NCBI GenBank assembly: GCA_001600695.1 | Contig: BCKQ01000018.1 | Span: 1,544-34,197 of the forward strand | Source: Ascoidea asiatica JCM 7603 | Lineage: Eukaryota; Fungi; Ascomycota | Direction of reading: 5' to 3' | DNA: 32,654 nucleotides | In this document: one piece after another, positions 1-11,604 of the stretch | How positions within the stretch are numbered: position 1 is the first letter of the stretch | Layout: the number at the start of each line of letters is the position of its first letter | Notes under the pieces: model-generated | What the model was told of the DNA's origin: nothing | Databases searched by the model: none | Seen by the model: the letters and a program-made list of their open reading frames with translations, nothing else | Made by a program: the position numbers and the translations under genes

Positions 1-997
1 AATAAAATCAGTTAATAAAAACAACTCTGAAAGTCCACCAATCAAATATAAATAATTTACATTTTAAAGGATGCAACGACACAAATAAACCAACTTCATT
101 TCGCAGCCAAATATTAAACTTGCCCTTTTACGAAAGGGGAATTTAACAAAAACACTACCAACTTTAATTATTAAGCATACTTTTACCATTCAATATTCAA
201 ATTTTCTTTTAAAAGTTAAGGCAACTTAAATTTAGTACCGTCCAAAATAATGGTTGAAATAAAATTTAAAACCATATATGTGAAACACCGTTAAAACATA
301 TACATTGGATGTAACAAAAACATGTGACATAAACAAATAAAAAAACAAAAAACAAAAATAAAACAAAACAAAAATCAAAAACAAATTATAATTAAAAACT
401 GATCATTGCCAAGGATGCAATAGATGCAATATTCATCAAGTAAAAGTTACTGTATTTTATTAATCAGTGGTTAGTTGTTTAAATAGTTATATATATTGAC
501 AAAATATGTGCAATAAACCACATCTTTTTATATTAATATTTACATGTCAAACTAAATACTTATTGTGTAGAAAGACGTATAACTTTCGAAAAAGTGTATT
601 ATGGTCTTAAGTGCGATGGCATTGATTCTTGAATTAAATGGATAAATACATATAGTCATATTCTAATAAAAACTTGGCATTTTACAGCACTTCAATAATT
701 TAGAAGTGTTTGTAAAAATCTCAGTGGAACACTTTTCACGGTTTAGGATATATGTTATCCGCTATCCGCTGCCGTTTGATTACCGGACCGGATTTGGTGA
801 GTATTCCCACTATTTGGCCAGCCCTCAATAGTGCCTGAACAATAGCTTGTTAAGAGTAGTCTGATTATAATAATGACAGAGATGGTGTTGCTGCTTCTTT
901 TGAGTTGGCAGTTGTTTGCTATTAATCCAAGTTATAGAATTTACATAAATATATAATAGAGGGCGTATATCTGATTTTCTTATAAATATAATGTATA

Positions 998-2965
998 ATG
1001 GTTTTGTTTAGTTCTTTCTTTAAATTTAGATTCATAGTTTTCTTATTCTTTTTAAAAGTAATTTCTTCTTTTGAACAAGATTTAAATAAGGATATAAATA
1101 TTAATCCACAAGATGATTCGAATGATAGTTCAAAAGATTTGCAAAATAATTATATTGTCAAAGATTTACCAGGTTTAAATGATATTCCAACTAATGATCA
1201 GCCAATAATGCATGCTGGTCATATAGAATTATTCTCAACAAATGAAACAAATTATTTTTTCTGGAAATTTCAAGAAAAATTAATTGCCAAAGATAAATTA
1301 ATAATTTGGATTAATGGTGGTCCTGGATGTTCTTCGATGGATGGTGCTTTAATGGAATTAGGACCTTTTAGAATTAATAAAAATAAAAAAATTATTTTAA
1401 ATAATGGTTCTTGGATTAAATCTTCTGATATTTTATTTTTAGATCAGCCTTCAAATACTGGTTTTAGTTATAGTAAGGACTATAATTTAGAATTAGTTGA
1501 TATTTCATATAATTTTTTAATTTTTTTAGAAAAATATTTTGAAATTTTTCCAAAAGATATAAATAAAAAAATTTATTTAGCAGGTGAAAGTTATGCAGGA
1601 CAATATTTACCATATTTTGCAAATGAAATTAAAACTTCGAATAAAAAGATTTTTGAAAATTTAAATTTAAAAGGTTTATTAATTGGTAATGGTTGGGTTT
1701 ATCCGAATTTACAATCTTTAAGTTATTTGCCTTGGTTTATTAAAAATGGTTTAATCACTTTACCAGAGGATTTAGAAACATCTAACTTAAATGAAATTGA
1801 AAATGAAAAATTTATTAATTTAAAAAATCAACAAAATTTATGTAATAATATTGTTCAAAATGAATTTAAAAATGGTTTAAATCCATTGTATGATGGTTCA
1901 AGCTTTGAAAATGTTCAAAATTGTGAATTAATTTTAGATATGCTATTAAATTATACTCAATCTCAATATCTTGTAGATCATGATGAAGATAAAGAATCAT
2001 TACAAAAGAAAAATTCAAATTCAAATTCAAATAATTCAAAATTATCAAAATGCTTTAATATGTATGATTTTAGATTATGGGATTCATATCCATCATGTGG
2101 TTTAAATTGGCCGATTGATTTACAGTATGTTGAACCATTTTTATCAAATAAAGATATTCAAAAAAATTTAAATTTAAAAAAAGAAATAATTTGGAAAGAA
2201 TGTAATGATAATGTTTCTGATAATTTATTAAATAATATTTCATATCCTTCCTTCAATAAATTGAGTAATCTATTAATTAAAGAAAACTTACCAATTTTAT
2301 TTTTTAATGGTAATAAAGATATTATTTGTAATCATTTAAGTATAGAAATGATTATTGATCAATTAAATTTTGATAAAAATGATCCTCTAAAAAAAGGTTT
2401 CTCTGATTCAATCGATTATGTTAATTGGTATATCAATAATTCTAATGCTGAAGAAAATAATTTAAAATTAACTGGAAAAGTTAAATATGAAAATAATTTA
2501 TATCTTGTTGAATTTTTTAATGCCAGTCATATGGTTCCTTTTGATAATTCAATTGGTTCAATTGGTTTATTAGATTTAATTTTAAATAATTTTGAATGGA
2601 AAAAAATTAATAATGAAGAGAATTTTGATGTTATTGTAACTCCAAATCATGAAAAAAAGTCATTAAACATTGATAATAATGCTAATGATGATAATATTAA
2701 TGAAAAAATCTTTAATGATGTAAGTGATCTAAATGATATAAATATCAAAATTAAAAATGAAACTAATTGGGAAAATGATAATGATACAATGTTTAATGAT
2801 TCTCCATTATCTTCTTTAAATTTTGGTTTATTTATTATATGTTCAATATTAATCGGTATTTTTTTTGTTAAACGTCATTTAAAATTAAAGAAAAACAATA
2901 ATAGAGTAAGTTCTGTGATTCCATTAACTAATATTTATGAAAATTATGAAAGAATTGATAAATAA
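998..2965 (+). CDS. KEX1: Kex1-like serine carboxypeptidase (peptidase S10), type I membrane protein
   Basis: Hydrophobic signal peptide; WINGGPGCSSMDG; catalytic Ser in GESYAG, Asp in NGNKDIICN, His in NASHMVPFD; C-terminal TM (FGLFIICSILIGIFFV) followed by KRH. The TM anchor distinguishes it from soluble CPY/Prc1. Confidence 0.9.
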   Translation: MVLFSSFFKFRFIVFLFFLKVISSFEQDLNKDININPQDDSNDSSKDLQNNYIVKDLPGLNDIPTNDQPIMHAGHIELFSTNETNYFFWKFQEKLIAKDKLIIWINGGPGCSSMDGALMELGPFRINKNKKIILNNGSWIKSSDILFLDQPSNTGFSYSKDYNLELVDISYNFLIFLEKYFEIFPKDINKKIYLAGESYAGQYLPYFANEIKTSNKKIFENLNLKGLLIGNGWVYPNLQSLSYLPWFIKNGLITLPEDLETSNLNEIENEKFINLKNQQNLCNNIVQNEFKNGLNPLYDGSSFENVQNCELILDMLLNYTQSQYLVDHDEDKESLQKKNSNSNSNNSKLSKCFNMYDFRLWDSYPSCGLNWPIDLQYVEPFLSNKDIQKNLNLKKEIIWKECNDNVSDNLLNNISYPSFNKLSNLLIKENLPILFFNGNKDIICNHLSIEMIIDQLNFDKNDPLKKGFSDSIDYVNWYINNSNAEENNLKLTGKVKYENNLYLVEFFNASHMVPFDNSIGSIGLLDLILNNFEWKKINNEENFDVIVTPNHEKKSLNIDNNANDDNINEKIFNDVSDLNDINIKIKNETNWENDNDTMFNDSPLSSLNFGLFIICSILIGIFFVKRHLKLKKNNNRVSSVIPLTNIYENYERIDK

Positions 2966-5900
2966 AAATTAGTTTAAATTATAAAGTTTCTTATATTTAA
3001 TTTCAATTCATTTCCTACTGTGTTTATTTTTTCTTTAATTCTCATTTCAATTTCTTTCCAACTTGTTTCAAGTCTCTTTCCATTCTTGTTCCTCTTTCTT
3101 CATATTGCTTTTTTTATATACATCCTTCATCTACCTTTTATGTTTTAATATAGATTTCACTTACTTTCATTGATTTCAGCAATTATATCATCAAAGAATA
3201 ATGAAATTTCCAGATTTTAGATCCGAAACCAGAATCACGGCTCTCCTCTGTTCCTCAGATGATTTAATTTTCAAACAAAGTTCAAAAATAATTAAAAGAC
3301 ATGTGTTTGTAAATGTCATGTGATACTGTATTTCAAATTGGGTTTGGAATTTATTGACCCGATGGCATGTGACTCAAAAAAGGTTTATCTTTTTTCTGTT
3401 TTTCAGTTTTTATTAATTTTAAATTTCTAATTTTTTGTTTCTGGGAAAAATCTCCGTAACAGGCTCTTCTGCTTACTGTTTGTTGAGTGGCAAATAAAAT
3501 TTATCACTTATAAAATATTAAAAATTATTTGCTGGTAAATGATAATTTTTCTTATCAATCTTCTGTTTTTAAAGTATCTATATCTTGTTGACATTTTTGA
3601 TCATTTTTCTTCTTTGAAATCATTTTCTCAAAAATAATACTTCAATTAAAAATAATGTCATTGAATATTGTTCAATTTTGCCTCTGTATATTTTATTATT
3701 ATTATTACAATATCCCATTATTTGTAGGTATGTCGTACCGTATTACTGGTAGCATACTAATTGTGGCACTGTGTACAAATGTTTTATAAAATTAAATTTG
3801 GGTTAGCCCATAATTCAAATAAAGTTATTGTACTCTCCGTTACAGAAAAGCCAGCTAGACTTGCGTTTATTTAAAATTATGTAATTTTTGAAAGAATAAA
3901 AACACCTTTGGTAAATGGATTACGAAAAGATGTAAGACCACCACTAATATTAGAGATCACCGGTACTTGGAAACGATCAAGCGTTTTGTTTTTGTATGCA
4001 TAACCCTACTTTCCCAATCAATATTAGTCCAGCTTCAAATTTATCAGTGTTTAAGCAGCCTTATTTCAATTAAGATGTAGTATTACGCTTCAAAATTCCA
4101 AGATATATCTCTTAACGTTACATTCGTAAATATAAAACTGCTTGGGAATATTTACGTGTTTCAGGAAAAAAAGTATTCATAAATTCATTTTAATATTAAT
4201 GAGCCTATGAACAAGAAGCACACTGTCCGCTGCCAGTAAAATATCAGAGTTGAAAATAAAAAGTAAAAAAAATTGAATCTGGTTAAATTAATTCTATATT
4301 GATAAAAGTAATTTCATAATGATTGGATAATCAAAATCTGATTTTAGAAACAAATTTTTTGATCTTCGAAATTATTAAGTAAACAAAGTCTATATCAGAT
4401 CTTTATTTTTTTTTTATAAAAATAATCGAGTCATATTTTCCGTTCTTTTCTGTTTTTTTTAAGGTCATTTTCTGTTACATATTTTTTAACATTTTTGATA
4501 TCTTAGATATTTAATTACTTTTGTAGACTTTTTTAGATCGAATTAAAATTTATAGATTAAAATTCCGATCCAGGACACAAAACATTAATACTCTTTCAAA
4601 GATTCAGCGAAGTAATTTCAAATTGAAAAGAGTCTGAATAATCTCAATTTGGTTTGTTTTCTAGAGTTTATAGAATAGCTTTATAGAGAAAAATAAATAT
4701 TATAGATTTGAAATGTTCTAGCGATCTCTTGCCACTTTTTTTTTGAATGATTATACGTAAATGGGAAGTAATAGAGCTATTTAGCTATTTTTTATTTTAA
4801 GTATGTTTACATTTTGAAGATGATGATTTAAAGAAAAAAAAACTGAAACATATGAGATGATTCTGCTTTTTAAAATGAAAAAATCATTGAAATTTAGTTT
4901 TTTCATAAGAAACAAAAAATACTGACTCATTTTTAAATTTTTTGACAAATTAAATATAAATGTTAATTTATCTTTTCAAATTCAAACGAAAAAGTCAATA
5001 AAATAATTAGAGTACTACTTTTCCCAAAAAACTAATTCCGTAAGTACTAAAACATCTCATAAAACGGTTAGGAATCTAGATTGTACTCTTGTTTTGAAAT
5101 AAAATTATAAAAAAATTCCAGATTTAATACTTTCATATACTTATTTATTCTTTAATTTATTCATCTAATTATTTATTCAATTCAATTATTCATTGAAAAA
5201 ATCAGATAAGTTAGTGATTTTCTTAAGTAATTTCTTCTAAGCTCTAAAATAATTAAGACCACAGACCCTTGTGAATCTGCGCGTTAAGGACAATTCTATG
5301 TTGTTTTTGTAAGGATTGTATTTTCAAAACTACCTATGATATAAACGCGTAATTTTTCATAAAAAGGGGCAGGTAATTGTTATCTATCTAAACACGTAAA
5401 GTTTAAAAATTCGCCAATTAAAATCAATTTCAATTGTAATTGTATACAACGCGAAATTTATTTTATTTTTTTCTTTATTGATTTTATTGATTTTATTGAA
5501 AATGCTTTTATAATGGCGAAATAATAAAAACATTGACTTCATAGTTTTAGCTAAAGAAGTTTCAATTATTAAGAATGAGATAAATTAAATGTAAAATATT
5601 TTTGAAATAATTCTTTGTTGGACAAAATCAATCAAATAAGTTTTTATAATTTAACTCGTTAATTCTTACTCAGAATATTATATCATTCAAGTTATTTTGA
5701 AAGTTTTTAATTTTTAGCTTTATTTTTCTACTCTTTTTTTTTTTTTTTTTTTTTTTCTAAGGTTTTGGAATTTGGTCAATAATATATTTAAACTCCCAAC
5801 AATATTACAATTGTGAAACATTTTAACAATAATTATTGGTGCTGGGAACTTATCATTGGATATTATCGATTAGATGGTAAATAAAAAGTAAATTCATGAA

Positions 5901-8900
5901 TTAAAAGCTCTATGATAGTAAATAAGCAAAGAACAAAATTTACGCGTATTTTGTCGAAGAGCGCAGTAACGCGTGCATATCTTTTGTGCACCGAGAATTC
6001 CGGAAACACGAAAGCTGCTTCCGCCGCCGGCAAGCCATGCACCAAGACAGATTGTGTCCAGGAATTCTGGTATCGTCACCGTTTTACTGGTGTCGAAACA
6101 GAAGACAGAATACGCACGCACTTTTTGCTTTCCACAGGCAGCTGGCAAAGGTGTCTGTGCTTCAGATTTCGTTCCGGCGCTGGATCTGGTGAAACAGCGG
6201 CGAGAGCTGTATCCCTGCTGCGGCTTGTGGTGAACCGCCGGTGAGACATCCGTCTGGATCCTCCTAACACCTACAGCAGGAGAAATAATTGTGGACAGTC
6301 TGTGGACTCTGCGCCTTCACAATACCTTAACAATCAAAGTGTACCAGAGTATGTCAAGCAGGGTAAGTCATATGTTGTAACTGTACGCCGGGTTAGATTA
6401 CAATACTATCCTGGTAATACTTAGTGTCAGATTCAATCAATCGATTTCAATATTGAACCCAAAAAATGTTTTTTTTTTAAATTAAGACTACAATTGTTTA
6501 ATATGACATTGTTATAAAAGTTTTATTTGCTTCGGTTGTTAGATTTCGGAATTTAGAAGTCATCTCATCTCTAGTTTTATTATCTTTTTAAAATTTGAGT
6601 GAAATAGAGTGTGAAATGAAATGTGAAATAAATAGATTTTAATTATTTTAAATAAATTTTCTTTGCTTGCAATTAAACTATTTAAGTTTTTAATTATGAT
6701 AAATTGCTGGCTAATTAGAGTCGAAAATGATATTCGTATTATGATTACTTTCTCTAGCGATAAGTATTATTAAAAGTTATGAATTTTGAGGAAATAAAAT
6801 TAAAAAGAAATTTAAATTCAAATTCAATTTAAAATAATTTTATGCCTTAAATTCTTTATGATATAATCAATTGAAGACTTTTGATGTAGATCAATACAAA
6901 AAATATATATCTCTTTTTTTTAATATAATGAATTATGTTTTAATTTGAAACTAGATTGACTTTAATTATGTTATTCAAAATTCATTACCAAATAAAAGGA
7001 TTTAAGCAATTGGTCTTTATTTTAATTTTATTATTATTACATGTGTTACATACTGTATTATGTACAATCCGTATGATAGATGTTTAAATTAATTAAAATA
7101 AATAGTATTTGTTTTGAAAGAAACAGTCGCTAAGATTAATTTAATTTCTCGTAAATTTTAAAATCAGAACCAGATTCGGAATTAAAATTAAAATTAAAAT
7201 TATTTGTAAATGAAATTGAAATTACTATCATAGATATACAACTTTTTATAGATATTGAGTATAAAAATATAAAAGAATGATAAGTAAGGTTAAATAGATC
7301 ATGTATAATTGAACAATATAGTATCAGTATTACGTATTATTTAAACAATAATTTCTTTTAAATCTCTTATCACACCGCATATTTAAAAAAGTTTTTTTTC
7401 CAGTTTGGTGAAGTAATTTAAAATAATATTGTGATAAATGACTAATTACAAAAAGTACTGTCATTAAAATATTCAGTATTTTATAATATTTATCATATAA
7501 TTAATATAATTAGAAAATAAAGAGTAGAACTAATGAATTTTCAATAGATTAATAGAAAACCAAATAATGAAATTGAGCAAGAAATCTTTTGCCACCATAA
7601 AACTTTTAAACACCTTTTTTTAAAAGATTACAGTAATCTTAATAATGGAACAATGGAAATTAAATATCAAGATTATTTTTTGTTAATTTTTAATTCAATT
7701 TTCTCAAAATTAATACTGGGAAAAAGTCTTTAATATATTTTGGTACTATTTACTGTACTGGGGCACTTTGTAAACGTTGTAAACGCTGTAATCAATGATC
7801 AATATTTGTATACCCTGTGACAAAAATAGTAGTATTACTAGAGAAAAACTCTTTGGTCATACGGTAAATTCAATATTGAATTCAATACTCCTCAGTATGG
7901 ATACAGTTGTTTAGAGCTCATAAGAACAATGATACTGTAGGTATTATATGCAAATTGAAACTTGATATAACTCCCAATTGTAATTTCACCAGTACACGCA
8001 CTGACCTATCGAGTGAGGAATCACTGACACAGTACCCTCAATTGTTCGCAACATTTGTATGATAAACGTTAAAAATCATACACTTTGCAGCATATAATTA
8101 AAAATTTCAATTTAGTTGTATAAAATTGTAACAATTTGTGTTAAGAATGAATTCAAGCAACAGATACTCATAGCACCAAAACTAGTATTAGTTTCTCAAT
8201 TATAAAATTCTCTTCAAACCATTAAAATACTACTATCATTCCCATAACATGACTGATCGGAGATATACTATTAATATGAAATAAAAAAAAAAACAGAACC
8301 AAAATTAAACTTTACTAAAGACTAAGATCTGGTAAATTCAAAAATTAGAATTTACCATAAAAAATCTAAATTAAATACAATGTACGCTTCAGTACTTAAG
8401 TTGATATCAGGATTAGTACTGTGTATAATCAGTGTATAGTAATGTATAAATAGGTACTTTTACTGAATTGTGCCTTATACAAAAATACTTAATTTTACTT
8501 GCAACAACACACTTAAAAATTTTAAATGAATAAAAATACCTTATAACTGTTCTCCCCTGTGCTAATAGGACTAGCATAAACAATAAAATGAAAAAATATT
8601 GGGGGCAAAGTTAGAAAGCGGGCTTTTTCATGGAGGAAGAAATGACTGTACACAAATTGAACCTACAGAATACTATGCATCTAGACTTGAAATACTGTTT
8701 ATTTTGTTCCGGCTAGCATGGATATTTGAAAGCATGCCGTAAAGTGCTGTGTGGTTGGATGTTGCAAGCCAAATTATGAGATACTGATATGTGCTCTCCA
8801 CCAATTAAAGTCTTCGAATGCGGTTTATTTTTGAAAAGAAAACATGTTGAAGTCAGTTAGTTTCTTTTTTTTGTTTACTGTCGGGACTCTGAATCGCTAT

Positions 8901-10365
8901 TTGCTTCTCATTACATTGATTTCAATTGAAAATCTACGGGAGTGCAAGTTACTTAATTGAGTAAAACTTGAGCATACCTTGTACCGCTTCCTAAAACGTG
9001 ATTAAGCCGATCCGGGCTTCGCTTTAGATCTGTTAAACAAATCTTAAGGAGCTGCACTGACATAAAAATTAATTGGTCTGGATCTCCTTAGATATGTTAT
9101 TCATTAAATTTTTAATTTGGTAGAAATTTATTTGAATTAATTCAGTCGGATTGTTTTAAATTCTTTTAGCTGTATCATGAAGTGAATTTTGAAATCAAAT
9201 TTCCTTTCCGTAATTATTTTTTTTTTTCAAAAAAAATTCTTTTGGGAAATATTTTATGTAAAATCTAAAACAAAAAAACGAATTAAATGACCAACTTAAA
9301 AACCTAGAAATTCAATAAATACAAGTAATAGTTCATTTGCTGGCAAAAAGACAAAAAAAAAAAAAACTTCGTCGTATAGAACGAAACTTAAGTTACGCAT
9401 TATTACAAAATATCTCAATTATTTAAAAAAAAAAAAAAATTAATTATTTTAAATTATTTTAATTAAAACTATTAAATTTAAAAATTCCCGGAGTATAAAT
9501 AACAATTTTCCTTACTACAACATATTCGAAAAATGTTACTATAATACCGTAGTTAGTAAGTAAAATAATTTGGACCTTGTACGTAACTCGGGCATGAAAT
9601 TACCGGATTGAACATCTGTATTGAACCGCAGTTGAAATTCTGGGAATTCGAGATCACGCACAGATGTTTTTTGCTAACGCTAACGTTATCACGTAGACCA
9701 ACGTTAATCGTAGGAAAGTTACAGGAGCTCCTTCTGTGGGTGAACAGTGAGTTGCGCTCTTTCAAAAGCCGCCCATAGCACAGCGCTGTAAGCTCTGCTT
9801 GAAAATAATAAGTTAATTATTTGTGCTAGACCGTAGCAAGAGTAGTTCAATGAAAGAACACACTGAAGCACTCTGAAAGCAGACTGAAAGCACTGCAAAA
9901 GTACAGCAAAAGTATGCTGCCCTTACAAATGTATAACTTTGCAATAAATATATACGTAAAGGTACAAGACTTTAGGCAGAGATCTCACCTCTTCAGAAAA
10001 TATATATCTATTCATTGATATTTCCCTTTTAAAAAACAGTTGATTTTTGTCTCTCTCTTTTTTTTTTTGTTTCTTTCAAATTAATTCTTAACAATTTATA
10101 TTTATTGAATTTGCATCTTTAATTATTTCAAATAATATTTTAATTCTATATAAAAAAATATTTTCAATTCAATAGCTTTTGATTATTATATTTCATTTTA
10201 TTTCTTTATAAATATATTTAAATTCACCTGTTACTTGTTACTTATTAATACCTTTGCTTGCTAAGATTTCACTTCAACATATTAAACAATAAAAAAAATT
10301 ATATTTTACTTCCACATACTTCACTTAGACATACTTTCACACAAATATTAATATTTATTTAAAAA
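2966..10365 (+). promoter_or_regulatory. 7.4 kb gene-free upstream control region of the APSES regulator
   Basis: No credible CDS. Contains ACGCGT x3, CRCGAAA x2, TATGCATA (3995-4002), GACACAAAA (4574-4582), AGCCGCCCA (9767-9775) and several GC-rich patches. Very long promoters are typical of EFG1-type regulators. Confidence 0.6.
5734..5756. repeat. Poly(dT) tract, T23
   Basis: Read directly; lies about 185 bp before the GC island. Poly(dA:dT) tracts disfavour nucleosomes in yeasts. Confidence 0.9.
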
Positions 10366-11604
10366 ATGTCTTCAAATCAAAATTCTTATAATCTTTATGA
10401 TACTCAAAATCAACAAAATCCAGCAAATGCTTCAACAACAAATTTATCTGGTAATGATCAAAGACAAAATCAACAATCACAATCAACAATTCAACAAAAT
10501 CCTCAAGCTCAACAACAATTTTATAATTATAGTACAAGTAGATCTCCAAATACTTATCCAACAAATGCTAATTATTATGCAGCTACTACTTCAACAACTA
10601 CAAATCCAACAGCAACTGATTATTCAAATTTACAAAATCCAGCTTCAAATCCATATATGACTTTCCCTCAATATTCAACTACTCCTTCTGATCCTTTAAA
10701 TCAACAGACGGATCAAGCTCAACCAGGTTCAATTAAATCTGAAAAAGATTTAGATCCAAATAAGAAAAGTTTAATTCCAACTACAAATAATGTAGTTGCA
10801 GCAGCTGCTGCTGGTTATTCAACTTATGGTAATCAATTAATTGCTCCAAATTGGCAAATACCATTTAGAGGTCCACCTGCTGCTTTTATTCCTCAAAAAC
10901 CAAGATTAACAACAACTTATTGGGAAGATGAAAATACAATTTGTTATCAAGTTGAATGTCGTAATATTACTGTATCAAGAAGAGGTGATACAAATTTTAT
11001 TAATGGTACTAAATTATTAAATGTAACTGGAATGACAAGAGGTAGAAGAGATGGTATATTAAAAACTGAGAAAACAAGATTTGTTGTTAAAATTGGTGCT
11101 ATGAATTTAAAAGGTGTTTGGATTCCATTTGAAAGAGCTTTTGAATTAGCAAGAAATGAAGGTATTGCAGACCTGCTATATCCTTTATTTGTTAATGATA
11201 TCAAAGGTTTTTATGCAAAATCAAATGCTCATGTTGGTCAACAACCTCCTCAATTTTGGCCACCAATGCCAATGGATCCTTATAATCCTCAAGCAACTCA
11301 AGATGCAACTTTAGATGCAAATGGTAATCAAATTCAATTTTATCCAAATTATCCTTATACAAATTATTATCCAAATACTAATTTACAAAATCAATATATG
11401 TATTATAATTATCAACAACCTCTTCAACAACCACAAGTTCAACAACAACAACAAACCCAGCAGACTCAACAGACTCAACAAACTCAACAAGTTCAACAAG
11501 TTCAACAACAACAGCAACAACAACAACAACAACAACCACCAATACCAACACAACCTTTACCTGTTCAAGAAGAAAAGAAAAAACGTACCAGAAAACAACA
11601 TTAA
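10366..11604 (+). CDS. APSES-domain transcription factor (Efg1/Efh1/Phd1/Sok2/StuA family)
   Basis: [17 protein letters not shown]...[25 protein letters not shown]...[18 protein letters not shown]...LYPLFV is the APSES domain (~10897-11208), flanked by Q/N/P/Y-rich regions and a basic tail KKKRTRK. Exact orthologue not resolvable by eye. Confidence 0.95.
   Translation: MSSNQNSYNLYDTQNQQNPANASTTNLSGNDQRQNQQSQSTIQQNPQAQQQFYNYSTSRSPNTYPTNANYYAATTSTTTNPTATDYSNLQNPASNPYMTFPQYSTTPSDPLNQQTDQAQPGSIKSEKDLDPNKKSLIPTTNNVVAAAAAGYSTYGNQLIAPNWQIPFRGPPAAFIPQKPRLTTTYWEDENTICYQVECRNITVSRRGDTNFINGTKLLNVTGMTRGRRDGILKTEKTRFVVKIGAMNLKGVWIPFERAFELARNEGIADLLYPLFVNDIKGFYAKSNAHVGQQPPQFWPPMPMDPYNPQATQDATLDANGNQIQFYPNYPYTNYYPNTNLQNQYMYYNYQQPLQQPQVQQQQQTQQTQQTQQTQQVQQVQQQQQQQQQQQPPIPTQPLPVQEEKKKRTRKQH

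Noticed and set aside
2990-3230. Lys/Glu-rich frames on the - strand after KEX1
   Set aside because: Short and interrupted; explained by pyrimidine-rich terminator sequence.
6010-6040. GGAAGCAGC on the - strand resembling SRP RNA helix 8
   Set aside because: Lacks the partner CAGG and GNRA tetraloop.
5863-6270. Six overlapping 60-110 aa ORFs on both strands
   Set aside because: Explained by local GC richness (few stop codons); no host codon bias and no motifs.
6357-6373. ACTTACCC on the - strand resembling the U1 snRNA 5' end
   Set aside because: Does not match the invariant ATACTTACCT.
7694-7798. Cys-rich frame ...YCTGALCKRCKRCNQ*
   Set aside because: No in-frame ATG after the upstream stop; arises from a TGTAAACG duplication.
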